Shown: piece after piece, positions 1 to 7,415 of the stretch | Numbering within the stretch: the first letter of the stretch is position 1 | Layout of the letters: each line of letters begins with the position of its first letter | Virus record (IMG/VR): IMGVR_UViG_3300017987_000016 | Length of the DNA stretch: 62,350 nt | Strand: one strand, 5' to 3' | Source of the DNA: a virus | Program-made: the position numbers and the translations under genes | The notes under the pieces: generated by a model | Seen by the model: only the letters and a program-made list of their open reading frames with translations | Database searches by the model: none | What the model was told of the DNA's origin: nothing

Positions 1-123
1 ATTGTAAACTTGATTAGAAGTAATAAAAATGCCAAAATCCATAAGGTTAGCTGGCCGGCCCGTGCAACAACTCCCATATCAATAAGTAATTGTGAATGAA
101 TGTGTCCCCTTTCTTCGTTCCAG
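1..123. repeat. Terminal direct repeat copy 1 (123 nt, identical to 62228..62350); end overlap of a circular or circularly permuted genome
   Basis: attgtaaacttgattagaag...ttcttcgttccag occurs verbatim at both window ends; unit genome 62227 bp. Confidence 0.95.
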
Positions 124-344
124 TGCCGGATACCGTCAATTAATTCCTTGCGTCTTTCTTTGGTTAAAACCATGCCGTCGCGCCCACCCCGCTTAACCTT
201 ATTAAATTGATTGTATGTCCATCCAATTGATTTTGCAAAATGTTCTTCGTTTATATCGGCATCTCCACAGACGCTTGCAATAGCCCTGAAAATATCATAT
301 CTATCGGAATCTTCAACGGAAAGACTATTTGTTTTGCGTCTCAT
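1..344 (-). CDS. Small early protein with HTH-like centre and C-terminal hydrophobic anchor; ORF runs off the left edge and closes across the circular junction (TAA at 62224..62226)
   Basis: ATG at 342..344; MRRKTNSLSVEDSDRYDIFRAIASVCGDADINEEHFAKSIGWTYNQFNKVKRGG...GQLTLWILAFLLLLIKFTI; absent from ORF track because it is cut by the window edge. Confidence 0.6.
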   Translation of the reverse strand, partial: MRRKTNSLSVEDSDRYDIFRAIASVCGDADINEEHFAKSIGWTYNQFNKVKRGGRDGMVLTKERRKELIDGIRHWNEERGHIHSQLLIDMGVVARAGQLTLWILAFLLLLIKFT

Positions 345-418
345 GGGGTTAATTTCTTTCTAAAACTGGCAAATCATTTTCCTTGATTTTTAGGTAAAAA
401 ATTTTTTATCTTTTATCA

Positions 419-685
419 TCATGATTTGTTATAGACCCTTAGAAAATCATTGCGCATCACATAATTGTATCCGTCGTTTCCTTTATAAAGTGGGATCCCA
501 TAAGGACGGGGATCACCGTGTTTTTTTCTTGAACGATGAACGGCTACCTGCCATGCCTTTGATGTTCTGCCTAACATTATTCTTGCGTATCTGGCGAGGA
601 TTTTATTGGCTCGGTGATCAATCCCCAAATCATCGCAGTCTTTTACAAAATCAGGGTCAGCATTATTTCTGCTTGACTTATTCAC
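419..685 (-). CDS. Hypothetical basic protein (88 aa), early leftward operon
   Basis: ORF track; co-oriented with neighbours; no recognisable motif. Confidence 0.5.
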   Translation of the reverse strand: MNKSSRNNADPDFVKDCDDLGIDHRANKILARYARIMLGRTSKAWQVAVHRSRKKHGDPRPYGIPLYKGNDGYNYVMRNDFLRVYNKS

Positions 686-785
686 AGCAAATCCTTACAA
701 TAAATAGATACACGGCGAGTCCATGCAACCCGCCGTGTATTTCGGAGGAGTAGAGATGATAGAGGATAAGATTTGGTGTGTAATG

Positions 786-992
786 TCACACAAAAACAAG
801 TTCATTTTTTATCACTGCCTTTTGCCTTTGGATGATTTTAATTTCATAAATTATGTCACCATCCAAGATGCTACCGTCTTTCATCCATGTTTCCAAATCA
901 TCTTTAGACAATACAGACATTTCTATGTCTTTACGGGGTGGCACCAACAAATAATAGGATGAATCAATGCTTAGGGTTTCTGCCAAATCCAT
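786..992 (-). CDS. Hypothetical protein (68 aa from ATG 992; the track start at 1043 is a TTG without RBS)
   Basis: ATG at 990..992 preceded by TGGAGCAGTATC; MDLAETLSIDSSYYLLVPP... Confidence 0.4.
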   Translation of the reverse strand: MDLAETLSIDSSYYLLVPPRKDIEMSVLSKDDLETWMKDGSILDGDIIYEIKIIQRQKAVIKNELVFV

Positions 993-1141
993 GATACTGC
1001 TCCAATTAATATCCAAAGCGGGCCCATTAAAAGCCGGTAGCAAAATGAACCCGCTTTTAAACGAGACAGCGTGTGATTAGAGGAGCCATGAAGGAAAGCA
1101 CTGTCTCTATATGTTGGACTGTTTTGACGTTGATTAAACAT
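971..1141 (-). CDS. Small hypothetical protein (56 aa), first ORF of the leftward early operon (Cro position)
   Basis: ATG at 1139..1141 preceded by TTGAGGAGCACC; odd W/C-rich composition, so coding status is uncertain. Confidence 0.3.
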   Translation of the reverse strand: MFNQRQNSPTYRDSAFLHGSSNHTLSRLKAGSFCYRLLMGPLWILIGAVSWIWQKP

Positions 1142-1215
1142 GGTGCTCCTCAAATCTAAATCACGTTCATAATAAAAACATTTTGTATCTAAAAGTCAAG
1201 CGAAAAATACTTATA

Positions 1216-1791
1216 ATGAACATTAATATTTCTAATAGTAACGCTAACATCTGGAAAAACAATGCTATATTCTTTTTAGATATGGGTAAAAAAAATGGTT
1301 ATAGTCAACGTTTTTTAGCGAAACGATTTGATCTTGGGATAGGAACACTTACTGATTATAGAAAAGGTATTGTTCCTAAAAGAGAAAAAAATTTTGAAAA
1401 ATTTGCCAAACTATGTTCTTTTGTTTTGAACATCCCCTATGATCTTTTTGAAAACGGCCAAGCCCTGTTAAAAAAAGATTTCTCCAAGATCATCGAGGAA
1501 CGAAATTTGCAGAAAGATAAAACACCGTCATCCACAGACATAAAAGGTTCTGGGCGGGTGGATGATATTCTCGCAATTGCACCGATTTCAACCAGTGAAA
1601 TAATTTTTATTTTGTCGCTTCGTAATATTTCGGGATCGGTTTATGATGAGGTTCCTGAAATATCCTTGAAGCACCTTCGATCCATTTATAAAATGGTCGA
1701 AGGTGATGTCAATGTTTTAGCGTCCATAAAAAACATTGTTGAATATCGAGAAAGGCGACAAAATGATAAAGGCGAAATTAACGAGAGGTGA
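1216..1791 (+). CDS. XRE/Cro-CI-type helix-turn-helix regulator, prophage repressor candidate (no S24 peptidase domain seen)
   Basis: GYSQRFLAKRFDLGIGTLTDYRKG HTH motif; divergent from the leftward early operon; track start 1183 is TTG, first ATG at 1216 (alternative ATG 1285). Confidence 0.6.
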   Translation: MNINISNSNANIWKNNAIFFLDMGKKNGYSQRFLAKRFDLGIGTLTDYRKGIVPKREKNFEKFAKLCSFVLNIPYDLFENGQALLKKDFSKIIEERNLQKDKTPSSTDIKGSGRVDDILAIAPISTSEIIFILSLRNISGSVYDEVPEISLKHLRSIYKMVEGDVNVLASIKNIVEYRERRQNDKGEINER

Positions 1792-1969
1792 AGCGCTTTT
1801 TATAAAATGGTGGAGAAAAAATCAGTATAAATATCCATGGTTCAGTCAACATCTTGAATTAAGGGAGGGCCATTATCCGGGAGATAAATGTTTTAATCGT
1901 CTTTGCGATTCAATAATGAAGGCGATAGAAAAAAATAAGGGGCAAGGCACAAAGGGAGGTGTGCCATGA
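1763..1969 (+). CDS. Hypothetical small protein (68 aa)
   Basis: MIKAKLTRGEALFIKWWRKNQYKYPW...; ATG 1763 after GAAAGG. Confidence 0.4.
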   Translation: MIKAKLTRGEALFIKWWRKNQYKYPWFSQHLELREGHYPGDKCFNRLCDSIMKAIEKNKGQGTKGGVP

Positions 1970-2088
1970 AATGTATTTCAAGCGAACGAATTTTAAAAAA
2001 TATAAAAAATTTTATTATTTTTTGATAGTCTTAATGTCTTTTATAATTGGCTATTTAATTGCCACGCTCAATAAATAAAATATAATTA

Positions 2089-2697
2089 ATGCACAAACGA
2101 GTCTATAAAGAATTTGAAAAGATTTGTTCTTCGTGGCATATTATTGGTTCCGTTTTAGAGGTTGGCGCTACCCCCAACGATAAATCTCTTTTGTGTATGG
2201 AATCCTTAAAAAACGCCAAAGAGAAAATTGGACTAAATTTAGATGGACCACACGACTATAAAGACTTTAAAATAATTAAGGGCAATGCGAATAAAATGGA
2301 TTTTTTTGAGAACGAACAATTTGATGCCGTTCTATCTAACGCCACATTTGAACACGATAAATATTTTTGGAAATCAATATCTGAAATCAAAAGAGTGATT
2401 AAGCCTGGGGGGCTTGTTGTTATTGGAACTCCTGGATACAGTTATTTTAAAATAGAAGAATTAAAAAAACTTTTCAGGAAAATTCCGATTATAAACAAAT
2501 TACAAAAAAATCAATATTTAAATATGTTGTTTACTGCGACCATAACATTTCAAATACACTCAGCACCAGGCGACTATTACCGGTTCAGCCCACAAACTTT
2601 TAAGGATGTTTTTTTTGAAGATTTTGAAAATATAAAAATATACTCAATTATGTTGCCACCAAGAATAATTGGTGTCGGGACAAAACGCAATACGTGA
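2089..2697 (+). CDS. Class I SAM-dependent methyltransferase (Methyltransf_11-like), cargo gene next to the integrase
   Basis: VLEVGA (motif I-like), FDAVLSNATFEH, IKPGGLVVIGTPG. Confidence 0.6.
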   Translation: MHKRVYKEFEKICSSWHIIGSVLEVGATPNDKSLLCMESLKNAKEKIGLNLDGPHDYKDFKIIKGNANKMDFFENEQFDAVLSNATFEHDKYFWKSISEIKRVIKPGGLVVIGTPGYSYFKIEELKKLFRKIPIINKLQKNQYLNMLFTATITFQIHSAPGDYYRFSPQTFKDVFFEDFENIKIYSIMLPPRIIGVGTKRNT

Positions 2698-2727
2698 AAA
2701 ACCTTCCTCACGCTAAACGAACCGACC

Positions 2728-3747
2728 ATGCCACACCTCGATAAAATCCCATACAAGAATACCACGCTCTATCGAATCCGTTACTCCCTTAACAAGAAAC
2801 GCCAAAAGCCCGCATATCTACCCCTGGGAACGTCTTACTTAAAAGCTAAAACCATTCTTAATCGATTCGAAATTGCCGTTGCAAATTATAATCTCGGAGA
2901 ACCCTTTGTAAATCCGCTCAATAAAAAAGCATCTGCTTATACCATATCCGAGTTCAGGGAATGGTTTTTTGAAAACAAAAAGTCGGTGGCCGAACGAACG
3001 CTTAAAGATTATGAAAGAACATTTAAAATATTAATCAACAGCGTGGGCGATGTATTTATCAACGACATTCCCCTGTCTAAATTTGAGGATTCCATTTCCC
3101 GTCTTGCGCCGGCCACAAAGTCTATTATCATCCGGTCGTTGCGGGCTGCGTTTAACTTTGGTATAGAACGAGAAGTCATCAAGGAAAATCCTTTCTTAAA
3201 AATAAAAATTCCCAGGAATAAAAGAATTCCCGACATTTTGATACCAGAAGAAAAAGACAGGATCGAGCAATACATTACCAGCGCAAAAGCAAGGCGGGGA
3301 TGGTATCTTGGCAGATACGGAGCATTGCGAAGAAAAGAGATCGTGCGAAACGTCAGGAAAAAAGATTTATGGTTTAATCAGAGAATTATCAATATCCCAA
3401 AAGCCAAAACCACAGAACATCAGAAACGGCCCCTATATCCTATCTTGGAAGAAAAAATGAAACCACTTCTTCAGAACTTAAAAGACAATGATTTCTTGGT
3501 AGACATGGAACCCGACACATTTACTAAATTAATACGTCGGGCAATTTTCAAGGCAGGCATAACAAAACGTGGTGCGGTTCACATCTTAAGACATTCTTTT
3601 GGAACTGCCATGAGAATAAAAGGCGTGGACATCAAAGACATTAAAGACGCTCTCGGACATTCCTCTTTAAACGCTACAGAACTTTATACACAACTCGCCA
3701 TTCAAAAAATAGTAGAAAAAACTAAAAACATTGAAAACGATCTTTAG
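2728..3747 (+). CDS. int: Tyrosine recombinase / phage integrase
   Basis: C-terminal catalytic region GALRRKEI ... HILRHSFGTAM ... LGHSSLNATELYTQ (R..HxxR..H..Y). Confidence 0.9.
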   Translation: MPHLDKIPYKNTTLYRIRYSLNKKRQKPAYLPLGTSYLKAKTILNRFEIAVANYNLGEPFVNPLNKKASAYTISEFREWFFENKKSVAERTLKDYERTFKILINSVGDVFINDIPLSKFEDSISRLAPATKSIIIRSLRAAFNFGIEREVIKENPFLKIKIPRNKRIPDILIPEEKDRIEQYITSAKARRGWYLGRYGALRRKEIVRNVRKKDLWFNQRIINIPKAKTTEHQKRPLYPILEEKMKPLLQNLKDNDFLVDMEPDTFTKLIRRAIFKAGITKRGAVHILRHSFGTAMRIKGVDIKDIKDALGHSSLNATELYTQLAIQKIVEKTKNIENDL

Positions 3748-3770
3748 TACAGGACACAATACAGGACACA
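3748..3770 (+). repeat. Two tandem arm-type repeats TACAGGACACA (12-bp phase), putative integrase arm-binding sites (P arm)
   Basis: tacaggacaca at 3748..3758 and 3760..3770, immediately after the int stop codon. Confidence 0.6.
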
Positions 3771-3774
3771 TATT

Positions 3775-3793
3775 TGTATAGAAGTGTATAGAA
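3775..3793 (+). repeat. Two direct repeats TGTATAGAA (10-bp phase), possible accessory-factor sites in attP
   Basis: tgtatagaa at 3775..3783 and 3785..3793. Confidence 0.35.
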
Positions 3794-3845
3794 ATGTTAT
3801 TTTGCCTTCGTTTTGTCACTTTCACAATCCCATAAATAACAAAGC

Positions 3846-3866
3846 CCTTGACCATAAAAATCAAGG
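3846..3866 (-). terminator. Hairpin downstream of the tRNA 3' end; would terminate the tRNA gene rebuilt after integration
   Basis: ccttga/tcaagg 6-bp stem; on the minus strand it directly follows the CCA end and is followed by a T-rich tract. Confidence 0.4.
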
Positions 3867-3874
3867 ACTTAAAA

Positions 3875-3925
3875 TGGTGAGGGTGTTGGGGATCGAACCC
3901 AAGACCCACGGCTTAAAAGGCCGTT
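3875..3925 (-). other. attP core: 3' half of a tRNA-Lys(UUU) (anticodon arm, variable loop, T arm, acceptor 3' strand, CCA); not a complete tRNA
   Basis: Minus strand reads acggc-cttttaa-gccgt gggtc ttggg-ttcgatc-cccaa caccctc a cca; no D arm or 5' acceptor strand upstream. Confidence 0.75.
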
Positions 3926-3969
3926 TTTTGGCATACTTAAAATGTTGTTTTTATTGATGTCTTAAAATT

Positions 3970-3991
3970 TACAGGACACCAGAAAGGACAC
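3970..3991 (+). repeat. Two further arm-type repeats (TACAGGACAC, AAAGGACAC; 12-bp phase) on the other side of the core (P' arm)
   Basis: tacaggacac 3970..3979 and aaaggacac 3983..3991, same orientation as 3748..3770. Confidence 0.55.
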
Positions 3992-4180
3992 GGGTTTATC
4001 AATATAAAAACCCCCCAGATCGTAATCTGAGGGGCAAGCCAAGCACGTAGCTTGGTGCTGTTTGCAGCGACCACTTTATGTGGCCCCCGATCTCCTTCTG
4101 TCGCAATTGACAGATGAGTCATGTTAATACTCTCGCGCGAAAGCAGTCACCACCTACGGCGTATTCGCGCTTTCAGTGGT

Positions 4181-4351
4181 TCAAACAGCTTTTTTATCGC
4201 CGAATATTATCATGCCAATAAAACCCATAAAAACTCCCACCCCTCCCAATATTGAAAGTCCGACACTTAAATGAGCTGCCCCTAAGAATAATCCACCGAA
4301 TAAAAGAAAAACAGAAATGGCAAATAAGGTTAAAATAGTTGTTTCTTTCAT
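4181..4351 (-). CDS. Small membrane protein (56 aa, two predicted TM helices)
   Basis: MKETTILTLFAISVFLLFGGLFLGAAHLSVGLSILGGVGVFMGFIGMIIFGDKKAV; below the track size cutoff; translated by hand. Confidence 0.5.
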   Translation of the reverse strand: MKETTILTLFAISVFLLFGGLFLGAAHLSVGLSILGGVGVFMGFIGMIIFGDKKAV

Positions 4352-4363
4352 TTTTTGCCTCGT

Positions 4364-5563
4364 TTAAGAATTCTCTTTTTGAAACATCAACGTTGTATAA
4401 ATCCCATTTTCGTCTGGTTTCAGTCTCGTATATTCTGCAAGTCTCAATTTGTATTCCCAGGTCTTGCCGTGTTCGTTCATGCCGAAAAAGAACTGTTCGG
4501 GTTTGTTCGCGGTTAAAAGATCATTCACGGAATAACACGATCCCCCCTCAAAGGAACCGTTGCCGATAATCTCTCCTATGGCAACTTCACCCGTATGTGG
4601 TTGGTGATGATGTCCGTGATAGAGAAAATGAATAACAAGCCCCGAAAGTGTTGTCAGTTTTTTGTACATTCGGTCGATCCCATAATAAGGATAGCCCATA
4701 TAACTCCGCGCCTGCTGGCCGTGAATCAAGGCATGGTTTTGGCCTGGGTAAAGTTCATAAATCAAAAATGGCGGTGCTGAAATATAAAATTTAACGTGTT
4801 TAATGTTCTGTAGGCGTTGTTTCCATAGCCAATAAACTATATAATCCCAATTCGTTTGTCGGGATTGCGTCCCGTGTTTACCCCCTGCTTTTCCATGATT
4901 CCCAGGAACGCAGAATATTTCAATATCCTCATAAAGTTCCGCAAGCGGTAAAAAGATTCTGTCAAGAACTTCATCGCCCAGTTGAAAAACCTGCTCCATC
5001 ATCAAAGCATCCAGCGAAAACCCCTGTCCCTTAAATACGTCCTCGCCCTGAACGATGTCTCCCAAGACATTTATTTTTAGCTTTCTTAATGGAATAGCTT
5101 TGCGTTGAATATCCACGCATTCGTATATTTTTTTGATAAGCAAATCGGCTCGTTTTTTTAGTTCTTCTTTATTATAATAGGCAAGTCTGGCTGTTAGGTT
5201 TGGATCCACAAAACTACCGAGTTGAAAGTCGCTCAAAAGCAAAATCGATGTTTCTTCTTTATATTGTGTCTTGGGTTTTGGTATTCGGGGTTTGTGAATA
5301 GTAGGCAGAGAAACAACACTTCTTTCAACGGTTTCAATGATTGTTTTTTGAAAAGCCTTTAAGCGCCCATTTTCCGTTTTCAGTGAGCTATTCTGTTTCT
5401 CAATTAATTCCCATTGGTTGTCTGTCCGGCTACTTCGGTTTGCTTCGCATTCTTCTACGGCATTGAATCCGCATTCAGGGCATTTATATCTTTGGACTTT
5501 TCCGGTCGACGTATAATTATGACCGTTTTTAAGTAACTTTATTTTACATTTAGGGCATTCCAT
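4364..5563 (-). CDS. Zinc-ribbon + calcineurin-like metallophosphoesterase fusion
   Basis: N-terminus CPKC...CPEC; then LLLSDFQLG, VLGDIVQGED, VPGNHG, LIHGQQ, YHGHHHQP matching the D-x-H/GD/GNH/H/GHxH series (first His is Gln). Confidence 0.65.
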   Translation of the reverse strand: MECPKCKIKLLKNGHNYTSTGKVQRYKCPECGFNAVEECEANRSSRTDNQWELIEKQNSSLKTENGRLKAFQKTIIETVERSVVSLPTIHKPRIPKPKTQYKEETSILLLSDFQLGSFVDPNLTARLAYYNKEELKKRADLLIKKIYECVDIQRKAIPLRKLKINVLGDIVQGEDVFKGQGFSLDALMMEQVFQLGDEVLDRIFLPLAELYEDIEIFCVPGNHGKAGGKHGTQSRQTNWDYIVYWLWKQRLQNIKHVKFYISAPPFLIYELYPGQNHALIHGQQARSYMGYPYYGIDRMYKKLTTLSGLVIHFLYHGHHHQPHTGEVAIGEIIGNGSFEGGSCYSVNDLLTANKPEQFFFGMNEHGKTWEYKLRLAEYTRLKPDENGIYTTLMFQKENS

Positions 5564-5565
5564 AA

Positions 5566-5853
5566 TTATCCTCGTGCAACCTTATTTTTATTATTATAAT
5601 ATAATGCTAATACGACCCAAGTCGTATTAGCTGTTACAACAAATGCACCACCAGTAAAACTCATCCATTGGTCCAAGCTGGGATAATAAATTAAATTCCA
5701 AAATCCCCATAACCCAAAAAATACAGTCGGAAAGATAAAAACACCTCGAATCATTTTATCGCGGACTATTTTTATACAATTCATCCAAAGAAGCAACCCA
5801 CCCGTAAATTCAAAAACACCATTTATTAGGTCTATCATTTGCATTTTATCCAC
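5566..5853 (-). CDS. Membrane protein (95 aa, about 3 TM)
   Basis: Hydrophobic segments GVFEFTGGLLLWMNCI, VFIFPTVFFGLWGFWNLIYY, FTGGAFVVTANTTWVVLALYY. Confidence 0.5.
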   Translation of the reverse strand: MDKMQMIDLINGVFEFTGGLLLWMNCIKIVRDKMIRGVFIFPTVFFGLWGFWNLIYYPSLDQWMSFTGGAFVVTANTTWVVLALYYNNKNKVARG

Positions 5854-5883
5854 CTCTATTCTTGTATTCCCATAGTCTATCCT

Positions 5884-6129
5884 CTATTGGGCCGATGCAT
5901 CCCATCCCTCTAATTCAATAATCAAATCGATCTCATGTTTTATTTTCTCTAAGTCTTCCAACCCCTTTCCCCCTTTTATATTATATCTTGTTATTCTTTT
6001 TATTATACAACCCTGTAAAAAGGAAAGCTTGTTTTTGGTTGTATATTCTACAGGTTGAATCGGGAAATTTTTATAATGATTCCCCGCAACTTGTCTATTA
6101 AGCGCTTTTTCAGATATGCTTTTTGCCAT
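5884..6129 (-). CDS. DUF3310-like phage protein
   Basis: VAGNHYKNFPIQPVEY...CIIKRITRYNIKGGKGLEDLEKIKHEIDLI matches the G(G/N)xHY..IQP..IKY..R.. pattern of that family. Confidence 0.55.
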   Translation of the reverse strand: MAKSISEKALNRQVAGNHYKNFPIQPVEYTTKNKLSFLQGCIIKRITRYNIKGGKGLEDLEKIKHEIDLIIELEGWDASAQ

Positions 6130-6397
6130 TTAGAATCTTATCTCCCCACTTTAGATGAATGCGCTCCCCAGCCCAACGCCCCGCACAAGTTCCAAGCCCC
6201 GCAAAGATCGAATAAACAAGGGCTATCCAAAAACCACTTATTACAATTTGTTTTACGATATATGTCCAAGTGAAAGTAATTAAAGTCCCTACTATGAACA
6301 TTCCTATATATCGAGCATTGGCAATTTGCCAGATATTCATGCTTTTAAGAAACATATAGAAGAAACCTGCAACAAAAAGCACTAAATTTGTTACCAT
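6110..6397 (-). CDS. Membrane protein (95 aa, about 3 TM)
   Basis: LVLFVAGFFYMFL, IGMFIVGTLITFTWTYIV, ISGFWIALVYSIFAGLGTCAG. Confidence 0.5.
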   Translation of the reverse strand: MVTNLVLFVAGFFYMFLKSMNIWQIANARYIGMFIVGTLITFTWTYIVKQIVISGFWIALVYSIFAGLGTCAGRWAGERIHLKWGDKILNGKKHI

Positions 6398-6422
6398 GTT
6401 CTTTCCTTATTATATAGAAAGT

Positions 6423-7001
6423 TCATTGATTGGCCTCAAAAAATGCTTTTGCAAAACATTGTGGTGTTATGGCCCTTCTTTCTTGTCTGCTTAATTCTCC
6501 ATAAAATTCGGGACAGATGTCCTTGCTTTTCAACAAACTAAACTTGATTAAATTTTCAGGTTTTTCAGAAACGGTCTTTTGGGGTAAATTAAAATTGCCC
6601 CATAAATCAGTTTTCTTCTGATAATTTCCTCCAAATTCCCAAGGATCAAAAGTTAGAATGGGTTCGCCCAAAAACCTCCTTAAATAACCCTTTGGATTTT
6701 CAAGCGCCCAAAATCTTGGTCTCGATATTAAAATAATTCTCATACAAGCATCTACTGTTTCGAGCCCCTTAATAAAATCGTGTTTATATTTCCCCTTTCC
6801 GGCAAGGTGTTTTGCAAAAGAAAATTCAGTACATGGTGGCGCTGCAAGAATTCCATAAACACTTTCGGGCGGAACATATAATCTTACATCATGTTCTGGC
6901 AGTGTTATATTTCTTACATCATATCCAGCTTCTTTATATGGGTTCGACCATGCACCCGTTCCGCCACATAAATCAAGTATGATTTTATTTTCAGCTATCA
7001 T
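6423..7001 (-). CDS. Unusually short DNA (cytosine-5) methyltransferase-like protein (192 aa)
   Basis: ILDLCGGTGAWS (motif I FxGxG), ILAAPPCTEFS (motif IV PC), ALENPKG (motif VI ENV), RRAITPQCFAKAF near the C-terminus; almost no room for a target-recognition domain. Confidence 0.6.
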   Translation of the reverse strand: MIAENKIILDLCGGTGAWSNPYKEAGYDVRNITLPEHDVRLYVPPESVYGILAAPPCTEFSFAKHLAGKGKYKHDFIKGLETVDACMRIILISRPRFWALENPKGYLRRFLGEPILTFDPWEFGGNYQKKTDLWGNFNLPQKTVSEKPENLIKFSLLKSKDICPEFYGELSRQERRAITPQCFAKAFFEANQ

Positions 7002-7024
7002 TATTATATAGAAAGTTTAGGGAA

Positions 7025-7046
7025 GGGGCCGGATTATTCCGGCCCC
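7025..7046 (-). terminator. GC-rich hairpin separating the late/lysis operon from the cargo cluster
   Basis: ggggccgga-ttat-tccggcccc, 9-bp stem; on the minus strand followed by TTCCCTAAACTTTCT. Confidence 0.45.
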
Positions 7047-7066
7047 CAGGGAGGATGTAGAAGGTA

Positions 7067-7414
7067 TTAGGATTCTGATTTACCGAAGATTTCCATGCCG
7101 TCCTGTACCAAATCGACAATTTGGATACCTACACGGAAAGCCTTTTCTACAAACTCCTCTACCCTGTCGTCTGGAATGTCGAACTTTTCACTGACGTAAT
7201 CCGTCAATTCCTTACGCTCGGCTTCATCGAGGTCTTCAAACTCGGCAGGAATTTCCCCGACGTCTTTGATCGCAGGAATTGCGGCCTTCGCTGCCGGTGC
7301 GAAATTGATAATGTCTTTCCAGTCCAGGTGTTCATCTTCGTAAGACTTGACAATACCATTCACAATTTCGCATCCGAAAAGTACGACTTCCTTCAGATTT
7401 TGGATTCCAGCCAT
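7067..7414 (-). CDS. Hypothetical acidic protein (115 aa)
   Basis: ORF track; no motif recognised. Confidence 0.5.
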   Translation of the reverse strand: MAGIQNLKEVVLFGCEIVNGIVKSYEDEHLDWKDIINFAPAAKAAIPAIKDVGEIPAEFEDLDEAERKELTDYVSEKFDIPDDRVEEFVEKAFRVGIQIVDLVQDGMEIFGKSES

Positions 7415-7415
7415 A

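Noticed and set aside
1-123. True physical direct terminal repeats (T7-like ends)
   Set aside because: The repeat lies inside a coding sequence that is only completed across the junction, and the phage carries an integrase and attP. An assembly overlap of a circular or permuted genome is more likely.
786-1043. An S24/LexA-like peptidase, suggested by WMKDGSILDGDIIYEIK resembling GDSM.DGGI.DGD
   Set aside because: The nucleophilic Ser position is Trp, the protein is far too short, and no downstream Lys motif is present. I treat it as a chance resemblance.
3875-3925. A complete tRNA gene next to the integrase
   Set aside because: Only the anticodon arm through the CCA end is present. The upstream sequence has no D arm or matching 5' acceptor strand, so it is an attP core fragment and not a functional tRNA.
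3667-4122. Track ORFs 3667..3909 and 3937..4122 (minus strand)
   Set aside because: They overlap the integrase end, the tRNA fragment and the arm repeats. They have no RBS and an implausible composition.
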